Shown piece after piece: positions 1-9,249 of a DNA stretch of 52,540 bases (positions within the stretch are counted from its first letter, which is position 1; each line of letters starts with the position of its first letter). Made by a program: the position numbers and the translations under genes. A model generated the notes under the pieces. The model saw only the letters and a list, made by a program, of their open reading frames with translations. It was not told the DNA's origin and ran no database searches. Location: assembly GCA_041499745.1 (NCBI GenBank), contig JBGQKY010000001.1, positions 1 to 52,540 of the forward strand. Reading direction: 5' to 3'. The stretch is from Gaiellaceae bacterium. Lineage in GTDB: Bacteria; Actinomycetota; Thermoleophilia; Gaiellales; Gaiellaceae.

Positions 1-2
1 TC

Positions 3-338
3 CAGCTCGAGAGCTCCGACGATCTGCGCATGGTATGCGCGCGCCTCGACAACCTCCCGCTCGCCCTCGAGCTGGCGGCGGCCCGCACCGCCGTCCTCAG
101 CCCCGCGCAGCTGCTCGACCGGTTGGCGCGCGGCCTCGATCTGCTCAGGGCCGGCCGCGGTGTCGATGAACGGCAGGAGACGCTGCGGGCCACTATCGCC
201 TGGAGCCACGACCTGCTCGACGCCGGCGAGCAGGCGCTGTTCCGTCGCCTGAGCTTCTTCGCGGGCGGCTGCAGCTTCGAGTCGGCCGAGAAGGTCGCCG
301 GCGCCGACCTGGACGTGCTGCAGTCGCTGCTGGGCACT
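3..338 (+). pseudogene. Left-edge fragment of a STAND (NB-ARC-like) ATPase/TPR regulator gene; the reading frame is lost near 333-340
   Basis: Frame 3 reads ..LDNLPLALELAAARTAVLSPAQLLDRL..ETLRATIAWSHDLLDAGEQALFRRLSFFAGGCSFESAEKVAG..LDVLQSLLG. This is typical of the winged-helix end of NB-ARC/AfsR-type ATPases. After ~338 the same frame becomes Arg/Ala/Gly-rich junk, while the family-like continuation (ALDDALGTDPELALELA..) is in frame 1. Confidence 0.5.
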
Positions 339-384
339 CGACGATGCGCTCGGCACAGATCCCGAGCTGGCGCTCGAGCTGGCA

Positions 385-1356
385 GTGAGCCTCGTGCCCT
401 CCTGGAGGCAGCACGGCGAGTATCGGGAGGCGCGGGAGAGGCTGGCGGCCGCGCTTGCCTGCACACGCGACGCGGCCACTGCGGTGCGTGCCCGGGCACT
501 CCGCACAGCCGCCTGGCTCGCAACCCAGCAGGGCGAGCACGATACCGCAGACAGACTGATGTCCGAGGCTTTCGTCGTCTCCCGCGAAGCCGGCGACCAC
601 CGCGAAGAAGGCTTGGCGCTCAAGGGCCTCGGCCAGAACGCCAACTGGCGCGGCGACTACGGGGAGGCGGCGCGATTGCTCGAGGATGCGGCGGTCGCAC
701 TCGGGGGTGTCGGCGACGAGTCGCTCAAGCTCGCGGCACTCGGGAACCTGGCCAACATCGTGTCCAACCAGGGGGACTACACCCGGGCCGTGGCGCTGCA
801 CCGAGACGTTGTCGCCGGTACTAGGAGACACGGGTCGACATTCCAGCTCGCCGTCGCACTCAACAACCTCGGCTGGGCCGAGGACGCAGCTGGAGAGACG
901 GAGCGGGCGCGACGGTCGCTCGAGGAAAGCGTTGCGCTCAGCAGAGAGGACGCCCAGAAGGACACTCTTGCCCACGCGCTCCACAGCCTCGGCCACCTCG
1001 TGCAAACGAGTGCCCCGACCGAGGCACTCGCTCACTATCGTGAAAGCCTCCAACTCGTTCGAGAGATGGAGAACCCGCGCGGCATAGCCGAATGCCTCCA
1101 GGGAGGCGCGGCAATCTTCGCAGCACGCGGCAACCTGGCCCACGCCGCCGGCCTGCTCGCCGCCGCCACGGCCATTCGCGCACAGACCGGCATCGCCTTC
1201 ACCGGGGACGACCAGGCCGAGGCAGACACGATCCGGGCGCAATGCCGCGAGGCACTCTCCGCGGAGGCGTTCGCCGAAGCGTGGGAACGGGGCGCCGCAC
1301 TCGACGCCAACGCCGCCGCCGACTGGGCCCTGCGGTCCTGGGAGGCTGCGAACTAA
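385..1356 (+). CDS. TPR-repeat C-terminal part of the same regulator (frame 1, open from 253; first canonical start is GTG 385)
   Basis: 323-aa ORF with repeated TPR-like units (..EEGLALKGLGQNANWRGDYGEAARLLEDA.., ..LAALGNLANIVSNQGDYTRAVALHRD.., ..AVALNNLGWAEDAAGETERARRSLEES..). It probably forms one disrupted gene with the 3-338 fragment. Confidence 0.6.
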   Translation: MSLVPSWRQHGEYREARERLAAALACTRDAATAVRARALRTAAWLATQQGEHDTADRLMSEAFVVSREAGDHREEGLALKGLGQNANWRGDYGEAARLLEDAAVALGGVGDESLKLAALGNLANIVSNQGDYTRAVALHRDVVAGTRRHGSTFQLAVALNNLGWAEDAAGETERARRSLEESVALSREDAQKDTLAHALHSLGHLVQTSAPTEALAHYRESLQLVREMENPRGIAECLQGGAAIFAARGNLAHAAGLLAAATAIRAQTGIAFTGDDQAEADTIRAQCREALSAEAFAEAWERGAALDANAAADWALRSWEAAN

Positions 1357-1488
1357 CAGCGCGTGTGGAAGGTTGTCATAACGCTGACACTCTCTCGTCG
1401 ACCGCCTGAACGACATCTGACCTGCTCCTTCGTACCGTCTCCGCAACGGTCGTATCAACCAGCAGACGACCACCCAAAGGAGCGGACG

Positions 1489-1929
1489 ATGAAGCGGATC
1501 AGGACACTGAGGCGGATGGTGGTGGTGGTGGCTCTGGCAGCCACGCTGGCCGCAGCAATGACGGGAACGGCAGCCGCCGCCGACGGCAACGTCGCCATGA
1601 TCGATTGTGCTGTCCTCGACCAGGTCTACTACCACGTTCCGGCATACGCCTCCCCGGCGCACTACTCGGTGTTGTACGTGTCGCTCGACGGCGGAGACTG
1701 GCAGCAGGTCTGGTACTGGGTCAACGGCTTCACCAAGCTGAGGTGGGACCCGTCCTACGGCTGGGGCACCGTCTCCGGAACGAACGACCTGGTCTTCAAC
1801 ATCGGCGGAGGACACACGGTCGTGGCCTGGGAGTACCGCCTTTACCCCAGCGGCGCCGGGGAATGGAAGTACGCCGGCGACTGCACGACGCTCGGCATCG
1901 GCGGCGGCATCATCTACACCCAGGGCTAG
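1489..1929 (+). CDS. Small secreted protein of unknown function (146 aa, Trp/Tyr/Gly-rich, 2 Cys)
   Basis: ATG at 1489 preceded by AAAGGAG. N-terminal signal peptide MKRIRTLRRMVVVVALAATLAAAMTGTAAAA. I recognise no family. Confidence 0.6.
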   Translation: MKRIRTLRRMVVVVALAATLAAAMTGTAAAADGNVAMIDCAVLDQVYYHVPAYASPAHYSVLYVSLDGGDWQQVWYWVNGFTKLRWDPSYGWGTVSGTNDLVFNIGGGHTVVAWEYRLYPSGAGEWKYAGDCTTLGIGGGIIYTQG

Positions 1930-1955
1930 GCCGCAGACGTTGCAGCAGGTGCCTC

Positions 1956-1984
1956 GAAGCCCGGCGCCTCTCGCGCCGGGCTTC
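1956..1984 (+). terminator. GC-rich hairpin downstream of the small secreted-protein gene
   Basis: GAAGCCCGGCGC-ctctc-GCGCCGGGCTTC, a 12-bp perfect stem 27 nt after the stop codon. No clear U-tract. Confidence 0.4.
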
Positions 1985-2195
1985 GCGCGCGGCGAGCCGT
2001 CGGCCCGGACGGGAACACCTCACCGGGAACGGGCCGTTCGTCGTGCCTCCGCTCGAGGTGACCGTCATGGTGGTGACAAGTCTTCTTTGTCACGGGACAT
2101 CGACATGTTCGTGCTGGCTTCATAGGTGGCGAAGTCAGCAGCGACCCGTCCAAAGGAGAACACCGTGCGCTGCCTTCTGTGCCCGTTCGCGATAC

Positions 2196-2846
2196 TTAGC
2201 GAGCTCGCTTCTGCAGAGCCGCGAGGTCGACGATGCGGGTCTTGCCGCGCGCGAGCTCGATTGTGCCGCGCCTCTCTTCCTCACGCAGCACTTGATTGAC
2301 CGTCGGACGCGCCGCGCCCGCGAGCTCCGCGAGCGCCTCCTGCGTCAGCGCGATCACGGGAACGCCGTCCGTGCCCGGGTACATCTCGGCGAGCTCGACC
2401 AGCCTCCGCAGCACACGTCGCTCGACCGGCACGTACAGCGCCTCCAGCAACCGCTCGTTCAGCATCCGCACCTCGCTGACGAGGAACCTGGTCAACACGT
2501 CGCCGACACCCGGATGCTGCCGGCGGACCCGCTCGAACTCGGGCTGGTAGATCGAGAACGTCTCGGCGTCCTCCAGTGCGAGCACCGTCGCCGAGCGCCG
2601 AGCCGCGCCCACCAGAGCCATCTCACCAAAGCTCTCGCCTGGCCCGCGAATCGCGATCGTCGCCGTCTCGCCGAGCGGTGTCATCACCTGGATCGCGAAC
2701 CGGCCCTTGCTGATCAGGTGCAGCGAGTCACCCGGATCGTCACGGTGGAACACGACCTCATTGCGCGAGAACCGCCGCCGCCGCGCAACTCGCAGCAGTT
2801 CGCGCACCTCCTCGACGGGAACGTCTTCTAGCAGACGCCACTCCAC
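2196..2846 (-). CDS. Crp/Fnr-family transcriptional regulator (cNMP-binding domain plus C-terminal HTH)
   Basis: 216 aa, GTG start. cNMP-binding-like GESFGEMAL..RSATV and C-terminal HTH LTQEALAELAGAARPTVNQVLREEERRGTI. Confidence 0.8.
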   Translation of the reverse strand: MEWRLLEDVPVEEVRELLRVARRRRFSRNEVVFHRDDPGDSLHLISKGRFAIQVMTPLGETATIAIRGPGESFGEMALVGAARRSATVLALEDAETFSIYQPEFERVRRQHPGVGDVLTRFLVSEVRMLNERLLEALYVPVERRVLRRLVELAEMYPGTDGVPVIALTQEALAELAGAARPTVNQVLREEERRGTIELARGKTRIVDLAALQKRAR

Positions 2847-2951
2847 GGAGCCGAACCCTATGCCGCGGCACGCACACCCGCCAATCGAGCCGCTGACCCC
2901 GAAGGTGCAGCGAAGGCACCGGTTCCCAGGCCCGAAGCGGCTTGATAATCA

Positions 2952-2975
2952 CCAGGGCCGGCCCTGGCCGGCCCT
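2952..2975 (-). terminator. GC hairpin after ettA
   Basis: GGGCCGGCC-ctg-GGCCGGCCC, which also contains the perfect 16-nt palindrome CCAGGGCCGGCCCTGG at 2952-2967. It lies 14 nt downstream of the ettA stop. Confidence 0.45.
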
Positions 2976-2988
2976 CACAGTGTTGCCG

Positions 2989-4662
2989 TCAGGCCCGGAT
3001 CAGCGGCTTGTACTTGATCCGATGTGGCTCGTGGGCCTCGGCGCCCCGGGTCTCGGTGACCCAGTCGGCGTACTCACCCCAGCTTCCCTCGAACCACGTC
3101 GTCTGCGAGTCGCCCTCGAACGCGAGGATGTGCGTCGCGACGCGGTCGAGGAACCAACGATCGTGCGTGATGACAACGGCGCAGCCTGCGAACTCGAGCA
3201 GCGCATCCTCGAGCGCACGCAACGTGTCGACGTCGAGGTCGTTGGTCGGCTCGTCGAGCAGCAGCACGTTGCCGCCGCTCGCGAGCAGCTTTGCGAGATG
3301 CACGCGGTTGCGCTCGCCGCCCGAGAGATCGGCGACGCGCTTCTGCTGGTCGCCGCCCTTGAAGTTGAACCACGAGACGTATTGCCGGGAGTTCACCTCG
3401 CGCTTGCCCAGGAGGATCACGTCCTGGTTGCCGCTGATCTCCTTCCAGACGGTGCTCGCGGGATCGAGATCGCCACGCGACTGGTCGACGTACGCGAGCT
3501 GCACCGTCTCGCCGACGCGGAGGACGCCGCTGTCCGGCGCCTCCTCCCCCGCGATCATCCGGAAGAGCGTCGTCTTGCCGGCGCCGTTCGGACCGACGAC
3601 GCCGACGATGCCGGCGGGCGGCAAGGAGAACGTCAGATCCTCGACGAGCAGGCGATCGCCGAAGCCCTTCTGCACGCCCTCAGCCTCGATCACGATGTCG
3701 CCCAGCCGGGGTCCCGGCGGGATGTGGATCTCGACCTTGTCGAGCTTCACATTTTGCTCTCCCGCGAGCAGCTGCTCGTACGCGCCGAGACGCGCCTTCG
3801 ACTTGTCGTGCCGCGCGCGCGGGCTCATGCGCACCCACTCGAGCTCGCGGGCGAGCGTGCGGCGGCGCGCCGACTCCTGTTTCTCCTCGACGGCCAGCCG
3901 CTCCTGCTTCTGCTCGAGCCACGACGAGTAGTTGCCCTGGAACGGAATGCCGCGGCCACGGTCGAGCTCGAGGATCCAGCCTGCCACGTTGTCGAGGAAG
4001 TACCGGTCGTGCGTGACCGCGACGACGGTGCCCTTGTACTCGGCCAGGAAGCGCTCGAGCCACGCGACCGACTCTGCGTCGAGGTGGTTCGTCGGCTCGT
4101 CGAGCAGCAACAGATCCGGCGACGCGAGGAGCAGCCGGCACAAGGCGACGCGGCGGCGCTCTCCACCTGAGAGCGTCGTGACGTCGCGGTCGCCTTCCGG
4201 CACGCGCAGCGCATCCATCGCGTGGTCGATGTGCTCGTCGAGCTGCCACGCATCCGCACGGTCGATCGCGTCCTGCACCTTCGCCTGCTCGACGAGCAGC
4301 GTGTCGTAGTCGGCATCGGGCTCGGCGAACTTCGCGGAGACCTCGTTGAAGCGGTCGAGCAGGTCGCGCAGCGGGCGGACGCCGTCCTCGACGTTGCCGC
4401 GTACGTCCTTCTCGGGATCGAGCCAGGGCTCCTGCTCGAGCAGCCCGACCGTCGCGCCTGGGGCAAGCTCGGCAACGCCCGACGACGGCTCCTCCTTCCC
4501 GGCCATGATCCGTAGGAGGGTCGACTTGCCGGCACCGTTCGGGCCGAGAACTCCGATCTTCGCACCGGGGAAGAACGAGAGCGAGATGTTCGCCAGCACC
4601 TGACGGTCGGAGCCGTAGAACTTGTCGGCCCGGTACATGGTGAAGATGTATTCGCTGCTCAT
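2989..4662 (-). CDS. ettA: ABC-F ATPase, energy-dependent translational throttle protein EttA
   Basis: N-terminus MSSEYIFTMYRADKFYG..ISLSFFPGAKIGVLGPNGAGKSTLLRIMAG and two ABC cassettes (second Walker A GVVGPNGAGKTTLF; two LSGGERRRV / LSGGERNRV signatures). About 557 aa with no TM domain. Start chosen at the internal ATG (4662) matching the EttA N-terminus. Confidence 0.85.
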   Translation of the reverse strand: MSSEYIFTMYRADKFYGSDRQVLANISLSFFPGAKIGVLGPNGAGKSTLLRIMAGKEEPSSGVAELAPGATVGLLEQEPWLDPEKDVRGNVEDGVRPLRDLLDRFNEVSAKFAEPDADYDTLLVEQAKVQDAIDRADAWQLDEHIDHAMDALRVPEGDRDVTTLSGGERRRVALCRLLLASPDLLLLDEPTNHLDAESVAWLERFLAEYKGTVVAVTHDRYFLDNVAGWILELDRGRGIPFQGNYSSWLEQKQERLAVEEKQESARRRTLARELEWVRMSPRARHDKSKARLGAYEQLLAGEQNVKLDKVEIHIPPGPRLGDIVIEAEGVQKGFGDRLLVEDLTFSLPPAGIVGVVGPNGAGKTTLFRMIAGEEAPDSGVLRVGETVQLAYVDQSRGDLDPASTVWKEISGNQDVILLGKREVNSRQYVSWFNFKGGDQQKRVADLSGGERNRVHLAKLLASGGNVLLLDEPTNDLDVDTLRALEDALLEFAGCAVVITHDRWFLDRVATHILAFEGDSQTTWFEGSWGEYADWVTETRGAEAHEPHRIKYKPLIRA

Positions 4663-4732
4663 CGGGCGCCCACGGTACCCGAATGTCCGTTCGGCATTGC
4701 GAGCGCGCGCACAGGTCGTAAGCTGCTTGCGA

Positions 4733-5368
4733 ATGGCCAACTGCTGCTCGACCGACTACGGCAGGCTCTTCAACCGCAGGTACGCCTCGCGCGACGCCGG
4801 GCGCTATCGCAAGCGGGGACTGACCGGCAGCTCAAGGGCACTCGTCGAGCTCGCCGGCGACGTCCGTGGTGCGAGCGTCCTCGACATCGGCGGCGGTGTT
4901 GGCGCGATCGAGCTCGAGCTGCTCGCCGCCGGTGCGGTGCGCGCGACGAGCGTCGAGATCTCCGGCGAGTACGAGGAAGCGGCTGCGGCGCTCCTTGCCG
5001 ACCGCGGCCTCGCGGAGCGGGTCGAGCGCCGCGTCGGCGACTTCGTCGCGGACGCCGACGCGATCGAGCCGCACGACGTGGTGGTGATGCACCGCGTCAT
5101 TTGCTGCTATCCGGACGTCGACGGGCTCGTCGGCACCGCCGCGTCGCATGCAACGCGCCGGCTGCTCGTCACCTATCCGCAGGACCGCGTCTGGATGAGC
5201 ACCGGGATGCGGATCATCAACCTCTGGCTACGTCTCTCGCGGTGCGGCTTCCGCACATACGCGCACCCGGTGGCGCGAATCGTCGGCGCAGCCGAGACGC
5301 GGGGGCTCCGGCTCGAGCGCCGCGAGCGCCACGGCCTGCTCTGGGAGTCGGCCGCCTTCGCGCGGTAG
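4733..5368 (+). CDS. Class I SAM-dependent methyltransferase
   Basis: ATG at 4733. SAM motif I VLDIGGGVGAIELELL, followed by an acidic-loop pattern. Confidence 0.65.
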   Translation: MANCCSTDYGRLFNRRYASRDAGRYRKRGLTGSSRALVELAGDVRGASVLDIGGGVGAIELELLAAGAVRATSVEISGEYEEAAAALLADRGLAERVERRVGDFVADADAIEPHDVVVMHRVICCYPDVDGLVGTAASHATRRLLVTYPQDRVWMSTGMRIINLWLRLSRCGFRTYAHPVARIVGAAETRGLRLERRERHGLLWESAAFAR

Positions 5369-5379
5369 GAGGGCCGCCG

Positions 5380-6615
5380 ATGCGCCTGCTCGCCGCCTGC
5401 CTCGCAGCGCTGGCCGTCGCGCCCGCCGCGTCGGCCTGGAAGACGCTCGCCACCGGGGTGCAGAGCGCGGTCATCCCGTCGATGATCGTCACGCAGGCGG
5501 GCACAGAACTCGTCGCATTCGATTCGCCGGTGGGAGGCACGATCTCAGTGTCGCGCAACCGTGCGGCACCGAGAGTCGTCGTCGCAAGTGATCCCGCGGC
5601 CAATCGAACCCAGCTCATCCAGCAGCCGAACGGTGCGATCCAGCTCTACTTCCCAAACGCGCAGGGCGTCGGACGCCTGACGTCGACCGACGACGGCCAG
5701 ACGTGGACCGGCCCACTGCAAACGCAGTCGAACATCGCCGGCGGCGTCATGGCTGCCGCTGTCGCGACGGACGGAACACCGTACTTCGCACAGGACGCCG
5801 GCGGACTCAACGTGTTCCGTGGACTCAACGGTGAAGCGTCCAAGAACCTCTCTTGCTGCGCCGAGGCGGAGTCGCTTGCAGTCGATACGTCCGGTCTTGT
5901 CCAGATTGCGTTCTTCTCGACAGCGGATCCCGACGGCGCGTTCGTCCACGAACGCATCGCCTCCGACCTCAGTGTCACCGGCCCGACGTCGCTCAAGCCG
6001 ACCGCAACCACCGACCGAGTGCCACTGACCGCAGACCACTCAGGGTTCACGTTCCTCGCGTGGGCTCCGGGAAAGCCGCCGACGGGCGTGACGGTGGTTC
6101 CCTTTCGCGAAGGCCAGCCGGCGGGCGACGGGTTCTATTTCGCCGTTGTCTTCGGCGACCAGAGACCGCACATGGCGCTCGCCGTCGACAGCCGGGACCG
6201 GCTCTGGACGATCTGGACGAACGGCAATCGCGTCAGCGTCGCCCGCTCACGTAGTCACGGAGAGCACTTCGGCGCGGTGGTGACCACAGGCATTCCGGCA
6301 ACCGCCGCCGGGATCTCGGCTACCGCCCTTCCCGGCGAGCCCGGGAGCCTCGATGTCGTCGTCAACACCGGTTCGACGCTCATCGAGCAGCAACTCCGGC
6401 CGGGGCTGAGGGTGCTCGTCCGCAAGACGACGAAGAAGACGGTCGTGACCCGCTGGGCGCAGGCACTCGATGACGGCATCCCTGTCCCGTCGGCGAGCTT
6501 CCGGATCGCGGGGAGGACGATCCACGCGAATGCGCAGGGCAAGGGAAAGGTGCCGCGAGGCTCAGGGAAGGTTGCGGCGCCCGGCTATGCCGGCGCGTCG
6601 TTCCACGTGCGATAG
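5380..6615 (+). CDS. Secreted BNR/Asp-box repeat (sialidase-like beta-propeller) protein
   Basis: AGGAGGG RBS, then ATG at 5380. Signal peptide MRLLAACLAALAVAPAASA. Asp-box STDDGQTWTG and a degenerate SRSHGEHFG. Confidence 0.55.
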   Translation: MRLLAACLAALAVAPAASAWKTLATGVQSAVIPSMIVTQAGTELVAFDSPVGGTISVSRNRAAPRVVVASDPAANRTQLIQQPNGAIQLYFPNAQGVGRLTSTDDGQTWTGPLQTQSNIAGGVMAAAVATDGTPYFAQDAGGLNVFRGLNGEASKNLSCCAEAESLAVDTSGLVQIAFFSTADPDGAFVHERIASDLSVTGPTSLKPTATTDRVPLTADHSGFTFLAWAPGKPPTGVTVVPFREGQPAGDGFYFAVVFGDQRPHMALAVDSRDRLWTIWTNGNRVSVARSRSHGEHFGAVVTTGIPATAAGISATALPGEPGSLDVVVNTGSTLIEQQLRPGLRVLVRKTTKKTVVTRWAQALDDGIPVPSASFRIAGRTIHANAQGKGKVPRGSGKVAAPGYAGASFHVR

Positions 6616-6631
6616 CCCGTACCATGGCTGA

Positions 6632-7879
6632 GTGGCGGTAACTACAAGCCGGAAGAAGCTCGACGCCCGCGCAATCCGCGCCGACTTCCCCATCTTCGAG
6701 CAGTTGATCCACGGCAAGCCGCTCGCCTTCCTGGACTCGGCGGCAAGCTCGCAGAAGCCGCGCCAGATGCTCGAGGCGATGGACGACTTCTACTCGACCT
6801 CGTACGCGAACGTGCACCGAGGCGTCTACGTCCTCGCCGAGCGCGCGACTGCGGCGCTCGAGGACGCGCGCGAGAAAGTGCGGGCCCTCGTCAACGCACC
6901 CGACGTCCGAGAGATCATCTTCGTCCGCAACGCGACCGAGGCGATCAATCTCGTCGCCTACTCGTGGGGCATGAGCAACCTCGGCCCCGGCGACGTGGTC
7001 GTCGTCACCGAGCTCGAGCACCACTCGAACTTCGTTCCGTGGCAGTTCATCGCGGGCAAGACCGGGGCGGAGCTCGCGATGATCCCCCTCACCGAGGAGG
7101 GCGAGCTCGAGCTCTCGAGGCTCGACGAGATCGCGGCGAAGGGAAACGTGAAGGTCGTCGCGACGGGGCTCGTGTCGAACTCGCTCGGCACGATCAACCC
7201 GATCGAGCGCGTGGTCGCCTGGGCGCACGACCAGGGCGCGATCTTCGTCTGCGACGCAGCACAGGCGGCGCCGCACATGGCGCTCGACGTGCAGGCGCTC
7301 GACGTCGACTTCCTCGCGATCTCCGCGCACAAGATGTGCGGCCCGAGCGGGGTCGGCGCGCTCTGGGGCCGGAGCGAGCTCCTGCTCGCGATGGAGCCCT
7401 TCCTCACCGGGGGCCACATGATCAGCTCGGTGCGCTTCGACCGGACGACGTGGGGCGAGCTGCCGCACAAGTTCGAGGCCGGCACCGCGCCGATGGCGGA
7501 GGCCGTCGGCTTCGCAGCGGCGATCGACTATCTGCGAGGTGTCGGCTTCGACGCGATCGAGGCGTACGAGCACGAGCTCGCCGCATACGCGCTCGGCCGG
7601 CTCGGCGAGGTGGAAGGCATCACGCTGTACGGTCCGCCCGCGGATCGCCGCACGGGCATCGTCTCGTTCAACATCGACGGGATCCATCCGCACGACGTGG
7701 CGCAGATCCTCGACATGCAGGGCGTCGCGATCCGCGCGGGGCACCACTGCTGCCAGCCGCTCATGCAGAAGCTCGGCGTCGCCGCGACGAACCGGGCGAG
7801 CTTCTACCTCTACACCTTGCCGGAGGAGATCGACCAGCTCGTCGACGGCCTCCACACCGTGCGTAAGGTGTTCGCATGA
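6632..7879 (+). CDS. sufS: Cysteine desulfurase, SufS subfamily
   Basis: 415 aa, GTG start. Motifs HRGVY.., PLP-lysine SAHKMCGPSGVGAL, and active-site RAGHHCCQPLM. Confidence 0.85.
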   Translation: MAVTTSRKKLDARAIRADFPIFEQLIHGKPLAFLDSAASSQKPRQMLEAMDDFYSTSYANVHRGVYVLAERATAALEDAREKVRALVNAPDVREIIFVRNATEAINLVAYSWGMSNLGPGDVVVVTELEHHSNFVPWQFIAGKTGAELAMIPLTEEGELELSRLDEIAAKGNVKVVATGLVSNSLGTINPIERVVAWAHDQGAIFVCDAAQAAPHMALDVQALDVDFLAISAHKMCGPSGVGALWGRSELLLAMEPFLTGGHMISSVRFDRTTWGELPHKFEAGTAPMAEAVGFAAAIDYLRGVGFDAIEAYEHELAAYALGRLGEVEGITLYGPPADRRTGIVSFNIDGIHPHDVAQILDMQGVAIRAGHHCCQPLMQKLGVAATNRASFYLYTLPEEIDQLVDGLHTVRKVFA

Positions 7880-8310
7880 ACGAGTTCGACCAGATGTATC
7901 GCGAGGTAATCCTGGACCACTACAAGAACCCGCGCGGCCACGGCGTCATGGAGGACGCGGACGCCGAGGCCGAGGGCCAGAACCCGCTCTGCGGCGACGA
8001 GGTGTCGATCTACGTTGCGTTCGCGGAGGACGGCGAGACGATCGACGAGGTGAAGTTCTCGGGCCGTGGCTGCGCGATCTCGCAGGCGGCCACGTCGATG
8101 CTCACCGAGATGGTGAAAGGGAGGACGGCGACCGAGATCGGAGTCCTCGCCAAGGAAGAGCTCCTCGAGGAGATCGGCATTCCGCTCACTCCGGTGCGGC
8201 TCAAGTGCGCGATGCTCGGGCTGACGACGCTCAAGGTCGCGCTCCACAAGGCGAAGGGCACGCCGCTGCCCGACGGCCTCGCAGGCTTCGACGAGCTCGA
8301 ACTCTCGTAG
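7876..8310 (+). CDS. sufU: SUF-type Fe-S cluster scaffold SufU/NifU-like
   Basis: ATGA overlap with sufS. MYREVILDHYKNPRGHG, NPLCGDEV, GRGCAISQASTS-like GRGCAISQAATSM. Confidence 0.85.
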   Translation: MNEFDQMYREVILDHYKNPRGHGVMEDADAEAEGQNPLCGDEVSIYVAFAEDGETIDEVKFSGRGCAISQAATSMLTEMVKGRTATEIGVLAKEELLEEIGIPLTPVRLKCAMLGLTTLKVALHKAKGTPLPDGLAGFDELELS

Positions 8311-8630
8311 TGGCGGTGGTGGAGGTCGCACCGGCGGACGCGTTTCCGCCGGGCTCGATGAAGCTCGTGACCGTGAGCCCGGGCGTTTACGTCGGCGTCT
8401 ACAACTGCCGCGGACAGCTCTACGCGATCGAGGACCGCTGCTCGCACGACGACGGGCCGCTCTGCGAAGGCGACTGGGACCAGGAGACCTGCACGGTCGT
8501 GTGCCCGCGTCACGGCTCCGCGTTCGAGCTCGCGTCCGGGCAGCCGCGGTCGCTGCCGGCCTTCCAGCCCGTCGAGACGTATCCCGTGAAGATCGTCGAC
8601 GGCGTCGTGGTCCTTGAGCTCCCCGCCTGA
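8310..8630 (+). CDS. Rieske [2Fe-2S] ferredoxin-like protein
   Basis: GTG at 8310 overlaps the sufU TAG. Rieske ligand motifs CSHDDGPL and CPRHGSAF. About 106 aa. Confidence 0.75.
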   Translation: MAVVEVAPADAFPPGSMKLVTVSPGVYVGVYNCRGQLYAIEDRCSHDDGPLCEGDWDQETCTVVCPRHGSAFELASGQPRSLPAFQPVETYPVKIVDGVVVLELPA

Positions 8631-9249
8631 GCGCTGCTGGCCGGCGACGGACCCGCTCTACGCCGCCTACCACGACGAGGAGTGGGGACGGCCGGTGATC
8701 GACGAGCGCGGGCTGTACGAGCGCTTCTGCCTCGAGGGCTTCCAGGCAGGTCTCTCGTGGTTGACGATCCTGCGCAAGCGAGAGAGCTTCCGCGGCGGCT
8801 TCGCAGGCTTCGACCCCGATCTCGTGGCGCGGTTCGGTGAGCGTGACGTGAAGAGGCTGCTGGGCGACGCCGGGATCGTCCGGCACCGCGGCAAGATCGA
8901 GGCGACGATCGCGAACGCGCGCGGCGTGCTCGAGTTGCGAGACGCGGGAACGCCCCTCCACGAGCTCGTATGGTCGTTCGCCCCCGAGAGCTACGGCGTG
9001 CCGCAGACGGCGGCCGACTGGCACGCGCAGACGCCGGAGTCGAAGGAGCTCTCGAAGCGCCTGAAGGCTGCGGGCTTCCGCTTCGTCGGCCCCACGACGG
9101 TCTGGGCCGCGATGCAGGCGTGCGGCATCGTCAACGACCACCTGAGCACTTGCTGGGTCCGGGATGACGTGGAGCAGGTCAGGACTCGAGCAACCGCTTC
9201 AGCCGCTCGAAGTCCGTCTGGAGCTGCCGCTGGGCCCGGCGGGCCATGA
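8614..9249 (+). CDS. tag: DNA-3-methyladenine glycosylase I
   Basis: ..CWPATDPLYAAYHDEEWGRPV..FCLEGFQAGLSWLTILRKRESFR..IVRHRGKIEATI..MQACGIVNDH. Start uncertain (TTG 8614). A non-conserved 25-aa tail runs antisense into the next gene. Confidence 0.8.
   Translation: MSSPPERCWPATDPLYAAYHDEEWGRPVIDERGLYERFCLEGFQAGLSWLTILRKRESFRGGFAGFDPDLVARFGERDVKRLLGDAGIVRHRGKIEATIANARGVLELRDAGTPLHELVWSFAPESYGVPQTAADWHAQTPESKELSKRLKAAGFRFVGPTTVWAAMQACGIVNDHLSTCWVRDDVEQVRTRATASAARSPSGAAAGPGGP

Noticed and set aside
2073-2093. Palindrome GTGACAA-N7-TTGTCAC near the Crp/Fnr-family gene, considered as a CRP-type operator.
   Set aside because: Its half-site arrangement differs from TGTGA-N6-TCACA. It sits about 100 nt downstream of the crp-like stop, between convergent genes, so a transcript-end hairpin is the simpler reading. 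A weaker GGTGC-N7-GCACC at 2904-2920 upstream of the gene is also too short to call.
2151-2290. Strong SD-like AAAGGAGAACACC followed by GTG at 2165, opening a short + strand ORF.
   Set aside because: The ORF runs antisense through the 3' end of the well-supported Crp/Fnr gene and translates to Cys/Arg/Ala-rich sequence with no family resemblance.
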